From the NCBI GenBank assembly GCA_050749225.1, contig JBOGQR010000009.1:1-22696 (forward strand): a stretch of DNA of 22,696 nucleotides. Reading direction: 5' to 3'. A program made the translations under genes and the position numbers. The DNA is from Nitrosopumilaceae archaeon. Its GTDB lineage: Archaea > Thermoproteota > Nitrososphaeria > Nitrososphaerales > Nitrosopumilaceae. The notes below the pieces were generated by a model. It was not told the DNA's origin. It did no database searches and worked only from the letters and a program-made list of their open reading frames with translations. Shown in pieces: positions 20,891 to 22,696 of the stretch; the stretch's first letter is position 1; each line of letters opens with the position of its first letter.

Positions 20891-22696
20891 CTATTTAGAC
20901 ACGTAAGTAATCTGATAATAGAATCTAGACGGCTGGTCTTTCTTAATAATTTGTACATTCCATTGCCCATCTTGAATTACGCTATTTGCATCTGCTGGCA
21001 AGATTGTAAATTTCTCTAACCTAGCTCCAGAACCGCTATATCCAACCAAAAAGCTTTGGCCGCCTACTTGAATTGTTTGATATAGCGAGCCAGAGTTTTG
21101 AGTAGAACCTATAATCTTACAATCATAATCCTGGCCTATCAAGCATGTTCCATCTTCAAAAGTTACCTTAAGGTTAACATTTGATTCATCACTTGGATTT
21201 ATGCGTAAGAGCCCATCAATCATTCTTGGATAGAAGGTACTATTTCCAATAATTTTTTCTTTAATAGTTATCGGAATAAATGAATCTGTTATTCTGTTTA
21301 CTTTGTCAATTGTAATCCTATTTGAAAGAATTGTTTTCTGAGTAGGTCCAATCGTACTTGGTTTTATGGACGGAGTAATTACTTGTGGGGTTCCTTGTGT
21401 TTCATTTCCTTGCGATGTTGTGTTTTCTTGAGTAGCGTTTACTTGAGGAGGTGTTACTGCATTTGGTAATTGATTTACAACTTGAAATGGAGCACTAAAT
21501 ATACCAAATGGAACTTGGGCCATTACAACATAGTTTCCAAGTTTTGCATTATTAGGAATCACATAATCATAACTAAAGGAACTTGTTTGATCAAAAGGCA
21601 CTGTAACTCTTGGTAACACATTGCCTTTCTTTGATACTATTTGTCCTTCATTTATGACGGTATCATTTGCAAGACCAACCGAAATGTCAACAGTGTTTAT
21701 TGAAATTATGTAGCTTGTTCTTCCAGTTATTAAGACAGTCTGACCTGGAAGATACTTGTCATTATCAGTTGTCAACAACAATGAAAGTTTGCTTGATGAA
21801 GTAGTAAATGGATCAGTTACGTTAAAGCTCGTCTGTGAAGCTGTTCCAAGATAGTTTCCGTATATCTTGTATGTTCCAGTTTGAAATATTCCAGGGCGCA
21901 ATTCTAATGAAGTTTGGAATTGGCCTCCTGCGTTTACTTGTACGGTTGCTCTGGAGGCTTCCTGCCCAGTACTGGTATACACAACAATGTTAATCATAGT
22001 ATTTTGTTCAAGTGCCGCTGCGTTAACTTGAGGTATTACTTGGCCAAAGACTTGCACTGTTTGAGTAGTGGTATAATCTGATTTGTCTGTCTGTAGGAAA
22101 AATGGCGATAGTTTGGTTTCTGATTGTGGATTTTGAGAAACACCGAAGAATAGATCAGTTTTAGCATGGTTTGAGCCAATCGTTATCCTGTAGATTCCAA
22201 ATGTGTTTGGGTAATTATTTATGGTTACAACATTTTGCCTGCCAGAGTTAATTATAGTTGCAAGAGTTCCGTGATTAGTGGGAGAATTTGGTATGGTCCA
22301 ATCCCAAGAGAAGAATCCATTGGTTACTATCAATGGGTTTGTGATTATACTACCATCAGGTAGTGTTAATGTAATTGTATATGACGATGTATCCACAAAA
22401 CTAGATAGCTTGCCAGTCAGATGTACTGTTTCTCCAACACCGTAGACTTGCTTATCCGTACTTGCTACTACAGCTTGGTTTCCTGTTACTAATGGATCAT
22501 AAACTGAAAACGATGTAGTAGTTGTCAATTTATTATACGTGGCTTTTAGAGTATACGTACCTGGCCCAAAGACACTACGGTATAATGTTTCCTGTATTTT
22601 GTAATTACCATTGCTATCAGGATATGCATAAAATGTCAGTGGCGTATTTACCACACCTGTTCCTATTCCTCCTGAAAGGTTTGGAGCTGTATTAGC
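20891..22696 (-). CDS. Large secreted/surface protein (N-terminus outside window) with at least 4 beta-sandwich (MG/Big-like) repeats, Thr/Gln/Pro linker and distinct C-terminal domain
   Basis: The frame stays open upstream of the listed GTG (22654) to the window edge. Recurrent 'TDKxxY-x3-4-[ET]TVxhxG ... GxYxhxh' modules occur (e.g. ASTDKQVYGVGETVHLTGK, LQTDKSDYTTTQTVQVFGQ, LTTDNDKYLPGQTVLITGR). Linker is PPQVNATQENTTSQGNETQGTPQVITPSIKPS. Confidence 0.8.
   Translation of the reverse strand, partial: ANTAPNLSGGIGTGVVNTPLTFYAYPDSNGNYKIQETLYRSVFGPGTYTLKATYNKLTTTTSFSVYDPLVTGNQAVVASTDKQVYGVGETVHLTGKLSSFVDTSSYTITLTLPDGSIITNPLIVTNGFFSWDWTIPNSPTNHGTLATIINSGRQNVVTINNYPNTFGIYRITIGSNHAKTDLFFGVSQNPQSETKLSPFFLQTDKSDYTTTQTVQVFGQVIPQVNAAALEQNTMINIVVYTSTGQEASRATVQVNAGGQFQTSLELRPGIFQTGTYKIYGNYLGTASQTSFNVTDPFTTSSSKLSLLLTTDNDKYLPGQTVLITGRTSYIISINTVDISVGLANDTVINEGQIVSKKGNVLPRVTVPFDQTSSFSYDYVIPNNAKLGNYVVMAQVPFGIFSAPFQVVNQLPNAVTPPQVNATQENTTSQGNETQGTPQVITPSIKPSTIGPTQKTILSNRITIDKVNRITDSFIPITIKEKIIGNSTFYPRMIDGLLRINPSDESNVNLKVTFEDGTCLIGQDYDCKIIGSTQNSGSLYQTIQVGGQSFLVGYSGSGARLEKFTILPADANSVIQDGQWNVQIIKKDQPSRFYYQITYVSK

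Noticed and set aside
1-22696. Search by eye for CRISPR arrays, tRNA/rRNA genes, transposases or integrases, long terminal inverted repeats and prophage-like genes
   Set aside because: None found. The only non-coding GC-rich island is the RNase P RNA. The only tandem DNA repeats are the 48-bp coding repeat and short promoter repeats. The window therefore looks like core chromosome rather than a mobile or defence island.

Overview
AT-rich, gene-dense archaeal chromosomal segment. The archaeal signature genes are aSUI1, Sec61-beta, Tsr3, CofC/CofD, a DUF2070-like membrane protein, a UPF0148-type zinc ribbon and a type-A RNase P RNA. Together with the low GC and many secreted or anchored proteins, these point to a marine ammonia-oxidising thaumarchaeon (Nitrosopumilus-like); that assignment is inference, not a database result. 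I support about 25 protein genes. Two are cut by the window edges, and one (Sec61-beta, 54 codons) is absent from the supplied ORF track. I also support one structured ncRNA (RNase P RNA, minus strand, 17552-17834). I found no rRNA, tRNA, CRISPR array, transposase or integrase. Most of the window is housekeeping or transport: a family-5 peptide/nickel-type ABC importer without ATPase genes, an APC permease fused to tandem Usp domains, F420 biosynthesis genes cofC and cofD, a translation factor and an rRNA-modification enzyme. There are three candidates for something undescribed. (1) A tight four-gene cluster at 1258-3695 holds a 426-aa coiled-coil protein, a minimal but catalytically complete JAMM/MPN+ protease, a 2-TM/poly-Gly/zinc-ribbon protein and a 109-aa unknown, with no ubiquitin-like, E1 or E2 partner in view. 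(2) A UPF0148 / Sec61-beta / DUF2070-like gene string at 10978-13246, in which the Sec61-beta stop overlaps the likely DUF2070 start (ATGA). (3) A locus at 9443-10995 holds a tiny basic protein built from a 48-bp tandem repeat, a helical 146-aa protein behind a promoter packed with ATTGGTAA repeats, and an orphan wHTH + PD-(D/E)xK nuclease. All functional links are hypotheses. I could not run homology, covariance or synteny searches.
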